A DNA stretch of 64,000 nt from an uncultured Aquimarina sp. GTDB lineage: Bacteria > Bacteroidota > Bacteroidia > Flavobacteriales > Flavobacteriaceae. Below, piece after piece: positions 1 through 9,436 of the stretch (the stretch's first letter is position 1; the number at the start of each line of letters is the position of its first letter). The translations under genes and the position numbers were made by a program. Where the stretch lies: NCBI GenBank assembly GCA_947499005.1, contig CANMML010000018.1, positions 6,325 through 70,324 on the forward strand. Direction: 5' to 3'. A model generated the notes under the pieces. The model searched no databases. It was not told the origin of the DNA and saw nothing but the letters and a program-made list of their open reading frames with translations.

Positions 1-1875
1 ATGTACTTCACTTATATTTCCGTTAAATAAAGATTTTGCAGTTCTAAGAAAAGGATATGTAGAAGCATTACTGGTTTGGTAATTTATTTTAAAAGCGAAT
101 AAATCATTGCCTAGATTTGATAGTGGATCATTTATTTGCTTCAACCAACCTCGAACATTATAACTATAATCTATTTCTTGTAAAGGGTTTTGTTGTGTGT
201 TACCTACAGACTTCTGTTCTAATTGTCCTAATTCATCATAAGTATTAGATGTAATTAATTGGTAGGGTTCATTATTGATTTTTTGTTTTTGAGTCAAAAC
301 CCTTCCCATATGATCATAGGTGAATTCATCAATTGTTATGATTGTAGGTTTGTTTTGATAGGTATGCCTGTGTTCTGTTTTTAATACTTTTCCTGCAAAA
401 TCATATTTAGTAAGTGTAATATCTTTACTATTCAAAAATTCATTTTCACTGTAGATGTAAATAGGTCTTTGTTTTGTATCATAATAGGTTGTCGTTGTAA
501 TCCAATGATTAGTTTGCAATACTTTAACCTTATTCCCTGTGGAAAGTCCTTTAACTTGATTTCCTTTTTGTGGGTGGTTGTCTTTGGCTACTGTTTGTCC
601 AAAAACTGATGTAGGGATAGTATGTGTAGGTTGACTAAATGAATAATTATCATAATAATTGATAGTATGCACTTTTATGTCATTTGCTTTAGGTAACGCA
701 TTATTAGAATAGTTTATTGAAACTCCATTGATTGTAATTGGATTTTCTAGATGCTCTTCAAACATAACAAAGGAAGGGTTATTTGTACTTTCAGAAATAA
801 AAGAGCTAGGTACCGAATTATCCCAAACGCCGGTATAAACTACTCTTCCAAATACATCATACTTCGTGAAAACCCAAGGCTGTCCACTTTGTTTTGTCAA
901 TACAGGTTGATCTAAATAGTTATAGACGATATATTCTCTATCCTTACCAGGAATTCTTTTTTCTATTAATCGATTGTGATTGTCATATCGATATTGATAG
1001 CACAAGTCATTTAAAATGTTAGATGTTATGGGGAGAAATGTATGTACTTTTGGCGGGATGACATAAGTTAAATTTCCAAAGTCATCATACACGTAATGTG
1101 TATCGTGAGGGGAATTATCTTTAAAGGTTCTTTTTAGTACGACTCGATCTTGTAAGTCTTTATATTCATGAGAAGTATGATTGTTTAAATCTGAGGGTTT
1201 CCAATTTTCATCTTTGATTATTGTTTTAACTAATGTATTTGGTTGATAGTTTCCATTTTTTACTAAATTAGGCACACCACTGCTATTCTTAGAAACATTA
1301 AAAAGGATGACATTGGTATAGGAATTAGTTCCATAGTCAAACTTTATGGTATGATCACTATCAGATGCGGGGTTTGCTTTCCAATCTTTACCAGGTGCAC
1401 CTGTTTCCAATACACGATTAAGTGGTGAGTCTTCAAATACTTGTTCTGTATAGGGATTTACCTCAGCTGTGGGAATATTAACAAAATCCTCGGGGTATTT
1501 GTTTTTGTAAAATCCTTTAGTAGCATTTTTTAAAGCATCGTGATTTCTATAGCTTCCTACTGTATGGTTTGATTTATATGGTAAAAACTGTTTTGTTTGA
1601 CGTCCAAACTCATCATATTCGATATGAGTCACTAAATCTTTTTTATCTGGTGAAGCCTTAATCGCTATTTGCTGTTTGGGTCTTCCTAGTCCATCGAAAT
1701 AGGTAACACTTTCAATGACATCGGCATTAGATGTTGGGGTGCCTGCTTTTTGATAGGCTTTGGTGTGAATATAGTTTTCACTATCACTTAGGCTTGGCGC
1801 TTGATAATCATTTTGTGCATTAAGGTTCGAAAAACAGAACAATGATAGTGCTAGAAATATTAATGAATTTTTCAT
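1..1875 (-). CDS. DUF6443-domain RHS repeat protein (TcC-like), N-terminal 625 codons, runs off left edge; absent from ORF track
   Basis: Manual translation from ATG at 1875: MKNSLIFLALSLFCFSNLNAQ (Sec signal) ... SVTYFDGLGRPKQQIAIKASPDKKDLVTHIEYDEFGRQTKQFLPY (DUF6443-type); the same frame at the window edge reads ...SLFNGNISEVH, a typical Bacteroidetes RHS motif. Confidence 0.85.
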   Translation of the reverse strand, partial: MKNSLIFLALSLFCFSNLNAQNDYQAPSLSDSENYIHTKAYQKAGTPTSNADVIESVTYFDGLGRPKQQIAIKASPDKKDLVTHIEYDEFGRQTKQFLPYKSNHTVGSYRNHDALKNATKGFYKNKYPEDFVNIPTAEVNPYTEQVFEDSPLNRVLETGAPGKDWKANPASDSDHTIKFDYGTNSYTNVILFNVSKNSSGVPNLVKNGNYQPNTLVKTIIKDENWKPSDLNNHTSHEYKDLQDRVVLKRTFKDNSPHDTHYVYDDFGNLTYVIPPKVHTFLPITSNILNDLCYQYRYDNHNRLIEKRIPGKDREYIVYNYLDQPVLTKQSGQPWVFTKYDVFGRVVYTGVWDNSVPSSFISESTNNPSFVMFEEHLENPITINGVSINYSNNALPKANDIKVHTINYYDNYSFSQPTHTIPTSVFGQTVAKDNHPQKGNQVKGLSTGNKVKVLQTNHWITTTTYYDTKQRPIYIYSENEFLNSKDITLTKYDFAGKVLKTEHRHTYQNKPTIITIDEFTYDHMGRVLTQKQKINNEPYQLITSNTYDELGQLEQKSVGNTQQNPLQEIDYSYNVRGWLKQINDPLSNLGNDLFAFKINYQTSNASTYPFLRTAKSLFNGNISEVH

Positions 1876-1885
1876 GGCTCTTAGT

Positions 1886-4800
1886 TTAGTTTTTGTAATT
1901 GTATTGGTTTTCCGAAATAACATGCCCTTCATTATCTTTTACTTGGTGTAATCGATTATGGATATCATAGGTATAAGAGGTTTTATACCCACTAGGATCT
2001 GTCATTGTTGTCATCCCAATTAAAGGATCGTAGGTATAGATAGTAACCATAGCGTCTTTTAAAGCAATATGATTTCTAATTTCATCTAGTTTGGTTAACA
2101 AAGGGATTTCTGCAGCGACGTTGGTGTCATCATCAGAAAGGTTTATGGCTTCATTGAAAAGCCCAAGGTGACCATTGCCACCTTTTAAAGTAGTAGGTAA
2201 TGAATTATAAGTGGCATTCTCAATCTTGGCAATTAGATGTTCTCCCTCGTAACCCCAAACATAGACGACATGAATGCCATTTTCTCGTTTTAGTTCTCGG
2301 GGGTTGCCGTAATTGTCATAGTGAAGGTATGTTACTTGTTTCTTTAGCCCATTATTATTCGTTGCTGTACTGATACCACTCAATTGGGTGATTCCTCCAA
2401 AAATCCCATAATGCAGACGCTCGATGGTAGTACTACCATTATAGGTAGTTTCTGTTTGTATAGGAGTAGCAGGTTGGTAGTCTTCTCCTTGAAATTTTAA
2501 TCGTTCAATGGCATTAAATTCAGCTTCTGTCAATGGGCCTCCTAAAGGCAAAGTATTTTCATCAGTAATATCATCGGGGTAGTGCACGACAGTTTCAATA
2601 TTATCACCTTTACTAGTGGTTACCGTTGTTTTTGTAGGTTGGTAACTTTTGTCGTTATTATACTCATAAGAAGTGGTTGTTACTATTGGGTTTTCTCCAT
2701 TAAGGTCATAAGTAGTATTTGTGGTTAGATCCATATGCCACCATTCACTGTGGATTTTGTAGTCGGTGAATTTAGTTCTTCTTATATCGTGTTCTCTAGT
2801 TCCATCACTGCCAAAAGTGGGCATATCATTACCGTTAAATCTCATGTTTAAACCGTAGGTGTAAGTATCTCTATTATTACGAGAATAAAGGTTTTCAACG
2901 CGGTGAATTGTATCTCCATTAGTATTGAAACTTTCTTGTAATTCTAATTGACCATTTTCTAAATGTTTATCATTAGGTGAATTTCTAGGATCCGAAGCTA
3001 ATGTTTCAAGTTTGTTTTTATAGTGATATATTGTTTTTCCTAAATTTTCCCCGTCACTATTTTCAGTCGTTACTGTTACTTGGTCATATCCTATAGATTG
3101 ACCATTAGCAGAGGATCCCATAGGCGTAAGAGGTCTTGGCCATGAAAATAGCTTTTCTACAGAATAGTGATCATATATTCCATTAATACCTATATCAGAC
3201 GTAGGAATATTATTATAAAAATGATCATGTTCATAATTATAGAGTATCGGAGCGAGTAATTTCCCTGAAGACTGTTTCGTAATGCCATTGTCTCCTGTAT
3301 TAGGTATTTTATATTCTCCGGTGTAATCATATATTCTTCTTGCTAGTAAATCATTATTTGTATCATAGCTAGAGATTGAAGCTATTCGAAGTCCACCACC
3401 TTTTTTAAAATAAGGGTTTGGCTGAGTTACTTTAGCTATAGAATAACCTAAACTAGCACTATTATAGTCATAATTTTGGTTATTAAAATTTTCTATTTCT
3501 AAGTAATAAGTCCCAGGTAATAATAAGATTTTTTTACTTGGCTTATAAGTTCCAATATTAGTTGTATGGTTGTAAATAATATAGCCTATTTCATCTCGAA
3601 AATTTTTATTATAGCTAATGGAAAAGATAGGTTCCATATTTGCATTTTTCAAAACCCCTTTTACTGTATAAAATTTAGAAAAATCATTAGTGCTAAAAGA
3701 GAAGTTTAAAGAGACTACACTTGTTTCTGAAATATGGAACATTTGTATTGGTATCTTTGAATCATTTGGTGGAAGTATTGTAAATCTTGATTTTGTAGAA
3801 CCTATTTTATTATCTATTACAAATGTACCTGAATAAGATCCATCAAATTCAAATTTTACTTTTCTTTTATCAGAACATGGAGCTTCCGAACAATTAGAAT
3901 TATAATAACCTAAATGCATTGACTTGAAGATGTCGTTTGAATCTACATAATCTGTAAAAAAATTATCATAAACGTTCCTGTAGTCATTAATTTCAAAATC
4001 GAAAATTGTTTTTCCTTTAGTAGGGTATTTTATTTCTTTCAAGCAATATTGCTTAACTCTGTTACTGTCAGCTTCATGAAGAAATTCTTGTATCTCGTGT
4101 GTTGGGTATGTAGAATATTGATCACTTTCAGAATAAGAAAATGATTTAATATCATTGAAATCTTCAGCGAACCAATTAGAATTATTTATAGAGTATGTAT
4201 AATCAAGGTTACTAGTTATGGAACGTTGATCTATAAAAATATTAGGGTTTACAGCATTATTAAAATAACCCCAAGAGTCAAATTTTTCAGTCTCTTTACT
4301 ATAAAAAGGACCAGCATCTTCTGTATAATAGAATTCATGTGCAGGTTTGTATAAGGTATCCTCATCTACTATATTGTATTCTCTGAGGCTAGTTAAGCAT
4401 AGTTTCCAATATAGATATCTTTGTGAAGAAGGTATGTTCGTTTTTTTATTCAAGTATTTGTAAGAAAACTTGAACCCTTTTATAAGCCTATCATGTTTGT
4501 TATAAATTTCTAAATAAGATAGTTTATTTGAGTTATTAGACTGGAGGTCATCTCTTTTACTGGTCTTAAATATTACTTTACTTCCTTTAAAAACAATACT
4601 ATCAAGTACTTTTGGGTAGCTTATACTTTTTGACCATATTTGGGAAGCATTACCAGACCCAGCTAAAAGATGCTGAGCAACAAATATAGAACTACAATTA
4701 TTATTGGGGCTAAAAGGAGAAGGGCAATCTATTGTGGGGTTTAACAATTCACCTTCTTGATTTTTGACAACATGTCCAGTAGCCATGGATAATGAAGAAT

Positions 4801-5647
4801 TTATCTTTTTTGTACTCGTGATAGGCCCTTCTCTTGAATAATAAAAATCTACTTCATGACCAGTACTAGATTTTATATTGGATAAATTGTATCCATTTAT
4901 TGAGTTACTAGAATTTTGAAAATTGTTAGTTGTCTCCCCCCAACGGTTAGTTATTTTTTCTTTTTCATTAAAAGTATATTCCAATCCATTTATATCAAAG
5001 GATTTGAACCCTTCGTTATTTGTTGTGATTTCTTCTTTATTATTTTCAATATTTGATAAAAATTTTAAGCCATCCGTTTGTTTAACAGAAACACCCCATG
5101 GGAAATCATTGAATATAAATTGACCTGAATAATTCAAGAAATTAAAAAAATAAAGATCTGGATGGAAATCACGATAGATTTTATGTTCCCCAGTTTTATC
5201 TATGTATTGATTTTTTTGATTTTCAGTGAAAGAACTATTCTGTTTATTCGCTTGGGTTAACTCTATTAATTCTTCTGCAAAATGAAGCCCTCCATCTCTT
5301 AATCGTGCATCAGAGCCGTAGTCATCGTAACCTTTCACTTGTTTACTAATACTACCTCCCGCATTCAATGACCATCCAAGCCCAACCCAAGTAGCTTCTT
5401 GATCTGTTTTAATACCTGAAGCATGATAACTAAGACTAATGGGAACTTCTATATCTCCCGATTTTATAGTGTAAAGAGGTATCGAAATACTTGGTACTCC
5501 CGTGTAATGCCCGACTGGGTAATCACCGTATTTTTGAAATTCTTGAGTATTGGGCGCTAATGGAGTTAAATTTTCAAAAGCAGTGTGTTGTGCATTTAAT
5601 ACAGACGCTAATACAAGAAAACTGAGGATAGTTAGAAAATGCTTCAT
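1886..5647 (-). CDS. Secreted YD/RHS-repeat protein with SpvB/TcB-like N-terminus, no toxin tail
   Basis: Signal peptide; YTGVPSISIPLY..ISLSYHASG..VGLGWSLNAGGSISK; GGGLRIASISSYD; C-terminal YD repeats YTYDPLIGMTTMTDPSGYKTSYTYD..NQYNYKN; stop 10 bp upstream of the DUF6443 gene. Confidence 0.8.
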   Translation of the reverse strand: MKHFLTILSFLVLASVLNAQHTAFENLTPLAPNTQEFQKYGDYPVGHYTGVPSISIPLYTIKSGDIEVPISLSYHASGIKTDQEATWVGLGWSLNAGGSISKQVKGYDDYGSDARLRDGGLHFAEELIELTQANKQNSSFTENQKNQYIDKTGEHKIYRDFHPDLYFFNFLNYSGQFIFNDFPWGVSVKQTDGLKFLSNIENNKEEITTNNEGFKSFDINGLEYTFNEKEKITNRWGETTNNFQNSSNSINGYNLSNIKSSTGHEVDFYYSREGPITSTKKINSSLSMATGHVVKNQEGELLNPTIDCPSPFSPNNNCSSIFVAQHLLAGSGNASQIWSKSISYPKVLDSIVFKGSKVIFKTSKRDDLQSNNSNKLSYLEIYNKHDRLIKGFKFSYKYLNKKTNIPSSQRYLYWKLCLTSLREYNIVDEDTLYKPAHEFYYTEDAGPFYSKETEKFDSWGYFNNAVNPNIFIDQRSITSNLDYTYSINNSNWFAEDFNDIKSFSYSESDQYSTYPTHEIQEFLHEADSNRVKQYCLKEIKYPTKGKTIFDFEINDYRNVYDNFFTDYVDSNDIFKSMHLGYYNSNCSEAPCSDKRKVKFEFDGSYSGTFVIDNKIGSTKSRFTILPPNDSKIPIQMFHISETSVVSLNFSFSTNDFSKFYTVKGVLKNANMEPIFSISYNKNFRDEIGYIIYNHTTNIGTYKPSKKILLLPGTYYLEIENFNNQNYDYNSASLGYSIAKVTQPNPYFKKGGGLRIASISSYDTNNDLLARRIYDYTGEYKIPNTGDNGITKQSSGKLLAPILYNYEHDHFYNNIPTSDIGINGIYDHYSVEKLFSWPRPLTPMGSSANGQSIGYDQVTVTTENSDGENLGKTIYHYKNKLETLASDPRNSPNDKHLENGQLELQESFNTNGDTIHRVENLYSRNNRDTYTYGLNMRFNGNDMPTFGSDGTREHDIRRTKFTDYKIHSEWWHMDLTTNTTYDLNGENPIVTTTSYEYNNDKSYQPTKTTVTTSKGDNIETVVHYPDDITDENTLPLGGPLTEAEFNAIERLKFQGEDYQPATPIQTETTYNGSTTIERLHYGIFGGITQLSGISTATNNNGLKKQVTYLHYDNYGNPRELKRENGIHVVYVWGYEGEHLIAKIENATYNSLPTTLKGGNGHLGLFNEAINLSDDDTNVAAEIPLLTKLDEIRNHIALKDAMVTIYTYDPLIGMTTMTDPSGYKTSYTYDIHNRLHQVKDNEGHVISENQYNYKN

Positions 5648-5903
5648 AGTTACTTAAAAATATAATATAGTTAATATTACGTATAAGTAATTAGTTATGA
5701 AAACATATGAGCTTTAAATCGATGTATTGCGTAAAATACACATGTAATACTAAGCTTTGGTTTTTTTTGAAAGTAGAGTTATTATTGAACTAAGTTTATA
5801 TAAGTAGAAAGTTGTATTGTTTTGATAACTTCTCTTCGGTAGTAAAGATCGTTGAGTTCTGATGTGTTATGAAGAATAGGGCAGAGGCTATAATCATAAA
5901 AAT

Positions 5904-5937
5904 AAAAAGGTCGCAATATTGAAATTGCGACCTTTTT
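5904..5937 (-). terminator. Intrinsic terminator after rplT
   Basis: aaaaaggtcgcaat-attgaa-attgcgaccttttt hairpin with A/T tails. Confidence 0.8.
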
Positions 5938-5972
5938 TATATCGAGATATTATATGAATTGTTGAAATAAAA

Positions 5973-6317
5973 TTACTTTACTTGGTTAACGATCGCTTTG
6001 AACGCCTCTGGGTTGTTCATCGCTAAATCTGCAAGTACTTTACGGTTAAGCTCAATATTATTGGCTTTTAATTTCCCCATAAATACAGAGTAAGACAATC
6101 CTTCTTGTCTAGCACCTGCGTTTATACGAGTAATCCATAAAGCTCTGAAAGTTCTCTTTTTATTTCTGCGGTCTCTATAAGCATATGACATTGCTTTGTC
6201 CACCGCATTTTTTGCTACAGTCCAAACGTTTTTACGACGTCCGAAGTAACCTTTTGCTTGTTTTAAGACTTTTTTTCTACGTGCTCTTTTAGCAACTGAA
6301 TTTACTGATCTAGGCAT
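5973..6317 (-). CDS. rplT: 50S ribosomal protein L20
   Basis: [44 protein letters not shown]; position in the infC-rpmI-rplT operon. Confidence 0.99.
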   Translation of the reverse strand: MPRSVNSVAKRARRKKVLKQAKGYFGRRKNVWTVAKNAVDKAMSYAYRDRRNKKRTFRALWITRINAGARQEGLSYSVFMGKLKANNIELNRKVLADLAMNNPEAFKAIVNQVK

Positions 6318-6336
6318 AATTTAATTTTTTTAGTAG

Positions 6337-6388
6337 CAGGCGATTCTTAAAATAGTTAAGAATTCTTTTAATTAGAGCCCGACTCCTG
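6337..6388 (-). promoter_or_regulatory. Candidate structured mRNA element (possible L20 leader) between rpmI and rplT
   Basis: Inner stem attcttaa(6343-6350)/ttaagaat(6356-6363), outer caggcg/cg..cctg pairing, GC-rich island ending 20 nt before the rplT ATG. Confidence 0.35.
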
Positions 6389-6424
6389 GGTTTATAAAAT
6401 TTTAACCGAATAGGTATTAAATAA

Positions 6425-6622
6425 TTACTTTAAACGTAATTGTTGTTTAATACTGTCTTCATCGCTTTTGTGCACTAATGTTGAGTGCGTTAAAGCTAGC
6501 TTACGTTTTTTAGACTTCTTTGTTAAGATATGACTTTTAAACGCGTGCTTTCTTTTGATTTTTCCAGTACCTGTAAGCTTAAAACGCTTTTTGGCACTAG
6601 ATTTAGTTTTCATCTTAGGCAT
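6425..6622 (-). CDS. rpmI: 50S ribosomal protein L35
   Basis: [37 protein letters not shown]. Confidence 0.99.
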   Translation of the reverse strand: MPKMKTKSSAKKRFKLTGTGKIKRKHAFKSHILTKKSKKRKLALTHSTLVHKSDEDSIKQQLRLK

Positions 6623-6676
6623 AATATCCTTCTTTTTTTATATATAAATCTCGATATATATTGTGTGTAAACAGAA

Positions 6677-7234
6677 TTATTTCGCTTTTTTAGGCGCAAG
6701 AAACATAATCATACGTTTACCTTCTAGTTTAGGCATTTGTTCAACTTTACCAAGGTCTTCTAATTCTTGAGCTAATTTTAACAACAAGATTTGTCCTTGA
6801 TCTTTATAAATAATTGAACGTCCTTTAAAGAAAACATAAGCTTTTAATTTGGCTCCTTCTTCAAGAAATTTGATAGCATGCTTCTTCTTAAATTCGTAAT
6901 CGTGCTCATCTGTATTTGGACCAAAACGAATTTCTTTAACAACTACTTTCGAAGCCTTTGCTTTTAGCGCTTTATCACGCTTTTTTTGTTCGTAAAGGAA
7001 CTTTTTGTAGTCCATTATTTTACAAACAGGCGGATCGGCCTTAGGGGAAATCTCAACTAAGTCGAGTTCCTGTTCCTCGGCCATTGTTAATGCTTGGCGG
7101 GTTTTGTATATACCTACTTCAACATTATCACCAACTAAACGGACTTCAGGCACACGAATTTTTTCATTAATTCTGTGCGGATCTTCCTTAATTTCCCTAA
7201 TTGGTCTCCTGGTTCTTTTTCTACGAATTGCTAT
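6677..7234 (-). CDS. infC: Translation initiation factor IF-3, probable ATA start
   Basis: ORF track starts at an internal GTG (7153); the frame stays open 27 codons upstream: ATA-GCA-ATT-CGT-AGA.. = (M)[33 protein letters not shown], which restores the conserved INEKI motif. Confidence 0.93.
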   Translation of the reverse strand: MAIRRKRTRRPIREIKEDPHRINEKIRVPEVRLVGDNVEVGIYKTRQALTMAEEQELDLVEISPKADPPVCKIMDYKKFLYEQKKRDKALKAKASKVVVKEIRFGPNTDEHDYEFKKKHAIKFLEEGAKLKAYVFFKGRSIIYKDQGQILLLKLAQELEDLGKVEQMPKLEGKRMIMFLAPKKAK

Positions 7235-7308
7235 GGCGTACTATATTTTAAGTTAATATTTGATTTTAATGTTTAAATAAGAGCATATTTAATCTCTACT
7301 GTTTAAAA

Positions 7309-9252
7309 TTAAAAACTTTTTAATGTTTTATTAATTTCTTCGTTAATTAATTTTGAGAAATCTTCAATGGTTAAACTTCCAATTTCTTCCTTGTTTCCAT
7401 GTTTGCGTACTGAAACTTTACCTTCTTTCTCTTCGTTTTCTCCAATGATGAGCATATACGGGTATTTGTTCATCTCAGCTTCACGAATTTTCTTACCTAT
7501 AGTTTCATTACGATTATCTACAAGGCTGCGAATTTCGTAATTTTCTAATTGATTTAAAACTTTTTCCGCGTAATTTTCGTATTTCTCACTCAAAGATAGT
7601 ATAATTACTTGCTCCGGCATTAGCCAAAGTGGGAAATTACCTCCAGTATGCTCTAAAAGAATAGCAATGAAACGTTCTAAACTTCCAAAAGGAGCACGAT
7701 GAATCATTACAGGGCGATGCATTTCGTTGTCTGAACCTTTATAATGAAGGTCAAAACGCTCTGGTAAGTTATAATCGACTTGGATCGTACCTAATTGCCA
7801 GCTTCTTCCAAGGGCATCCTTCACCATAAAGTCAAGTTTAGGTCCATAGAATGCAGCTTCACCAGATTCGATTACGTAATCTAATCCTTTTTCTTGTGCA
7901 GCATTAATAATAGCTTGCTCTGCTTTTTCCCAGTTTTCAGTATCACCAATATATTTTTCTGGTTTTTCTAAATCGCGTACAGATACCTGTGCTGTAAAAT
8001 TATCGAAACCTAAAGATCCGAATACATATAATACAAGATCAATTACATCTTTAAATTCTTGATCTAACTGATCTGGTGTACAGAAAATATGTGCGTCATC
8101 TTGTGTAAATCCACGAACACGAGTTAAACCATGTAATTCTCCACTTTGCTCGTAACGGTAAACGGTACCAAATTCAGCATAACGAATTGGTAAGTCACGA
8201 TACGACCAAGGTCCACTCTTGTATATTTCACAGTGATGTGGACAGTTCATTGGCTTAAGTAAAAACTCTTCACCATCGGCAGGAGTACTGATAGGTTGAA
8301 AACTATCCTCTCCGTATTTAGCATAGTGCCCCGAAGTTACATACAATTCTTTTTGACCGATATGCGGAGTGACTACCATCTCATACCCAGCCTTTTTCTG
8401 TGCCTTCTTTAAAAATTGCTCTAAACGATCGCGTAAAGCAGCTCCTTTTGGTAACCATAACGGTAATCCTTGACCTACACGTTGTGAAAAAGTAAATAAG
8501 CCTAATTCTTTACCTAGCTTTCTATGGTCACGGCGTTTAGCTTCTTCCAGTAATTCTAAATATTGTTTTAACTCTTTTTGCTTAGGGAACGAGGTTCCGT
8601 AAACACGAGTCAACTGCTTGTTATTTTCATCACCTCGCCAATAGGCCCCGGCAATACTCATTAATTTTACAGCTTTTATATATCCTGTATGAGGTAAGTG
8701 TCCCCCACGACATAAATCGGAAAAATCATCATGATGACAGAAAGTAATGGTACCGTCTTCAAGGTTTTCAATTAATTCAACTTTGTATTCGTTTCCTTGT
8801 TCTTGATATTTGGCTAAGGCGTCTACTTTAGAAACAGCTTCCAATTTAAACTCATGCTTACCTCTAGCGATTTCTAACATTTTGTCTTCAATTTTCTTGA
8901 AGTCTTTATCAGAAATAGTTTGTTCGCCGAGGTCAACATCGTAATAAAATCCATTTTCAATAGCAGGACCTATACTTAATTTTACTCCAGGATATAACTG
9001 TTCTAATGCTTGTGCTAATACGTGAGCTGATGAGTGGCGAAAAGCTTCCTTTCCTTCTTTATCATTCCAAGTAAATAATGTCAAACTACCGTCTTGGGTT
9101 AGGGGAGTACTGGTCTCGACAATGGTATTTTCAAACTTTGCTGAAATTACGTTTCGCGCTAGTCCCTCACTAATGCTTTTGGCTACATCCATTGGTGTAG
9201 CTCCATTTTCAAATTGTTTTACCGAACCGTCTGGTAATTTAATATTTATCAT
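7309..9252 (-). CDS. thrS: Threonine--tRNA ligase
   Basis: TGS domain, HSSAH editing motif, [33 protein letters not shown]. Confidence 0.99.
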   Translation of the reverse strand: MINIKLPDGSVKQFENGATPMDVAKSISEGLARNVISAKFENTIVETSTPLTQDGSLTLFTWNDKEGKEAFRHSSAHVLAQALEQLYPGVKLSIGPAIENGFYYDVDLGEQTISDKDFKKIEDKMLEIARGKHEFKLEAVSKVDALAKYQEQGNEYKVELIENLEDGTITFCHHDDFSDLCRGGHLPHTGYIKAVKLMSIAGAYWRGDENNKQLTRVYGTSFPKQKELKQYLELLEEAKRRDHRKLGKELGLFTFSQRVGQGLPLWLPKGAALRDRLEQFLKKAQKKAGYEMVVTPHIGQKELYVTSGHYAKYGEDSFQPISTPADGEEFLLKPMNCPHHCEIYKSGPWSYRDLPIRYAEFGTVYRYEQSGELHGLTRVRGFTQDDAHIFCTPDQLDQEFKDVIDLVLYVFGSLGFDNFTAQVSVRDLEKPEKYIGDTENWEKAEQAIINAAQEKGLDYVIESGEAAFYGPKLDFMVKDALGRSWQLGTIQVDYNLPERFDLHYKGSDNEMHRPVMIHRAPFGSLERFIAILLEHTGGNFPLWLMPEQVIILSLSEKYENYAEKVLNQLENYEIRSLVDNRNETIGKKIREAEMNKYPYMLIIGENEEKEGKVSVRKHGNKEEIGSLTIEDFSKLINEEINKTLKSF

Positions 9253-9268
9253 AAATAATCTAAAAAAT

Positions 9269-9295
9269 TAGCTTTCGACTACAAACTCGAAGCTA
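9269..9295 (-). promoter_or_regulatory. thrS 5' leader hairpin with tRNA-Thr-like UUGUA loop
   Basis: Minus strand UAGCUUCGA-GUUUGUAG-UCGAAAGCUA, at -17 to -43 from the ATG. Confidence 0.55.
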
Positions 9296-9310
9296 TGTTT
9301 AAAACGAAGA

Positions 9311-9318
9311 CAAATATA
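9311..9318 (-). promoter_or_regulatory. Bacteroidetes -7 promoter element of thrS
   Basis: TATATTTG on the minus strand matches TAnnTTTG, 59 bp upstream of the ATG. Confidence 0.7.
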
Positions 9319-9436
9319 GAGTAAAGTTATTAGTAGTTATAGGTTTTTTTGCATCAGAAAGTCCTCTGTTTTTAGGGGATTTAAATATAGTAAAGAGTTT
9401 AAGCTAGATTACTATGATTTATAGTAATGACTTTAA

